Source: Isurus oxyrinchus
Taxonomy: Eukaryota
Assembly: GCA_026770705.1 (NCBI GenBank)
Contig: JANJGN010000926.1
Location: forward strand, 124,001-188,000
Length of the DNA stretch: 64,000 nucleotides
Direction: 5' to 3'
Position 1 is the first letter of the stretch, and each line of letters opens with the position of its first letter. This document shows, piece by piece, positions 62,990-64,000 of this stretch. The position numbers were made by a program, and so were the translations under genes. The notes beneath the pieces are model-generated. The model was given only the letters and a program-made list of their open reading frames with translations, made no database searches and was not told where the DNA came from.

Positions 62990-64000
62990 CTGGGGAGAGA
63001 AATATCAATATTTAACTCTGGATGTTTTGTTGATTCACTAAGCTCGATATCCACCCCCTCCATCACTCGGGCACAGTGGCTGCAGTGTGGACCATCTACA
63101 GGACACACAATGAACTCCACAAGGTATCAAACCAGATGGAAGAGAATCCTGGACACAAAAGCGGAAAAGTTCATTCTACATTGGTTCATGGTCCTCAGGA
63201 CCCTGTTTGTGCAGAAGCCTGTTCTCCAACAGAACTGAAGTTGGGGACAATGCATTTGGAATTCCACTGTCCGGGGCATTGGGTTAACTTGCTGAGTTTG
63301 TTTTAAATCTAACATCTATTTTTGGTCTGTTGCCTTAAAGGGAGTGTAACTGGGAGTCAGGTTAATTAGGAATTTTAGGAGTTATTATAGCAGTCATTGT
63401 AGTCTTATGTATGTGCTTAAAATCTTTTATTTTGATGACAAATATTTTAATTTATTTTTTTAACTCTCTAAAGGTCTTGGTGTAATTATTGCTTCTGAAT
63501 TCAGTGCACACATCTCATAATAAATACAAATTGCAAAATCATGATGATCGTGTGACCACCTTTCTCTCATGGACTTGGTCTGCCTGGCACACATCACCTG
63601 CCAAGTGATAACACTGTTGTAAACTGCCTTTCAGGGACAGCAGCATGACATCACTCGAGGGGAAGTGTGTCATGTGATTTTTAGGAACTGGTGTTCGCTT
63701 AAGTAAGTTCTATGTGTATTTGTGTGTGTTAGGCAAAAGGTCTATCTTCAAGTTCAAGTTTAGTTTGTATTTCTGTATTTGGGTGTTGAGAAAAGGGGGA
63801 ACTTGAGTTAAAAAGAAGCCAGCATTCCATTGAGGTTTAATGACTGTTGAAGGGAAGTCAAAACAAATACAAGGTGTAAGAAACTGTGCTGTTGCCTAGC
63901 AACAGTGATCCAGAGGGAAGGACCCACAGAGAGAGAGAAAAACAGAAAAGTACTTTCAGTTCAGTTGAAAGGAGTTGCCAGGAGACGCAGCAAAGGAGCG

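Overview
This is vertebrate genomic DNA, most likely from a cartilaginous fish: it carries shark-type CR1/L2 LINEs, Penelope elements and the 33-bp CAGTACTGAGGGAGTGCTGCACTGTCAGAGGGT minisatellite. It holds a tandem cluster of three Siglec/MAG/CD22-like Ig-superfamily receptor genes, all on the minus strand, whose exons I rebuilt from GT/AG sites and phases. Gene A (17428->2065): leader, V-set, C2, two duplicated C2, a frameshifted C2, MAG-D5-like C2, uncharged TM, and a tail with a destroyed ITIM but intact TEYAQI. A second copy of its tail module runs off the window start. Gene C (37113->21038): leader, two tandem V-set exons, C2, a dead C2 and a TM/short-tail exon absent from the ORF track with an intramembrane Arg (activating type). 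Gene B (>62989->47457): pseudo-V, V, three C2, uncharged TM, ITIM plus ITSM-like tail (inhibitory type). B and C share their 5' ligand-binding block, introns included, while B and A share their 3' block. This looks like a paired activating/inhibitory Siglec-like system shaped by gene conversion, exon duplication/deletion and loop hypervariability. A very young Penelope-like element (14-bp TSD, ~745-bp inverted terminal repeat, hammerhead motif) sits in gene C, and its empty site is present in gene B. All exon models are manual predictions without transcript support.
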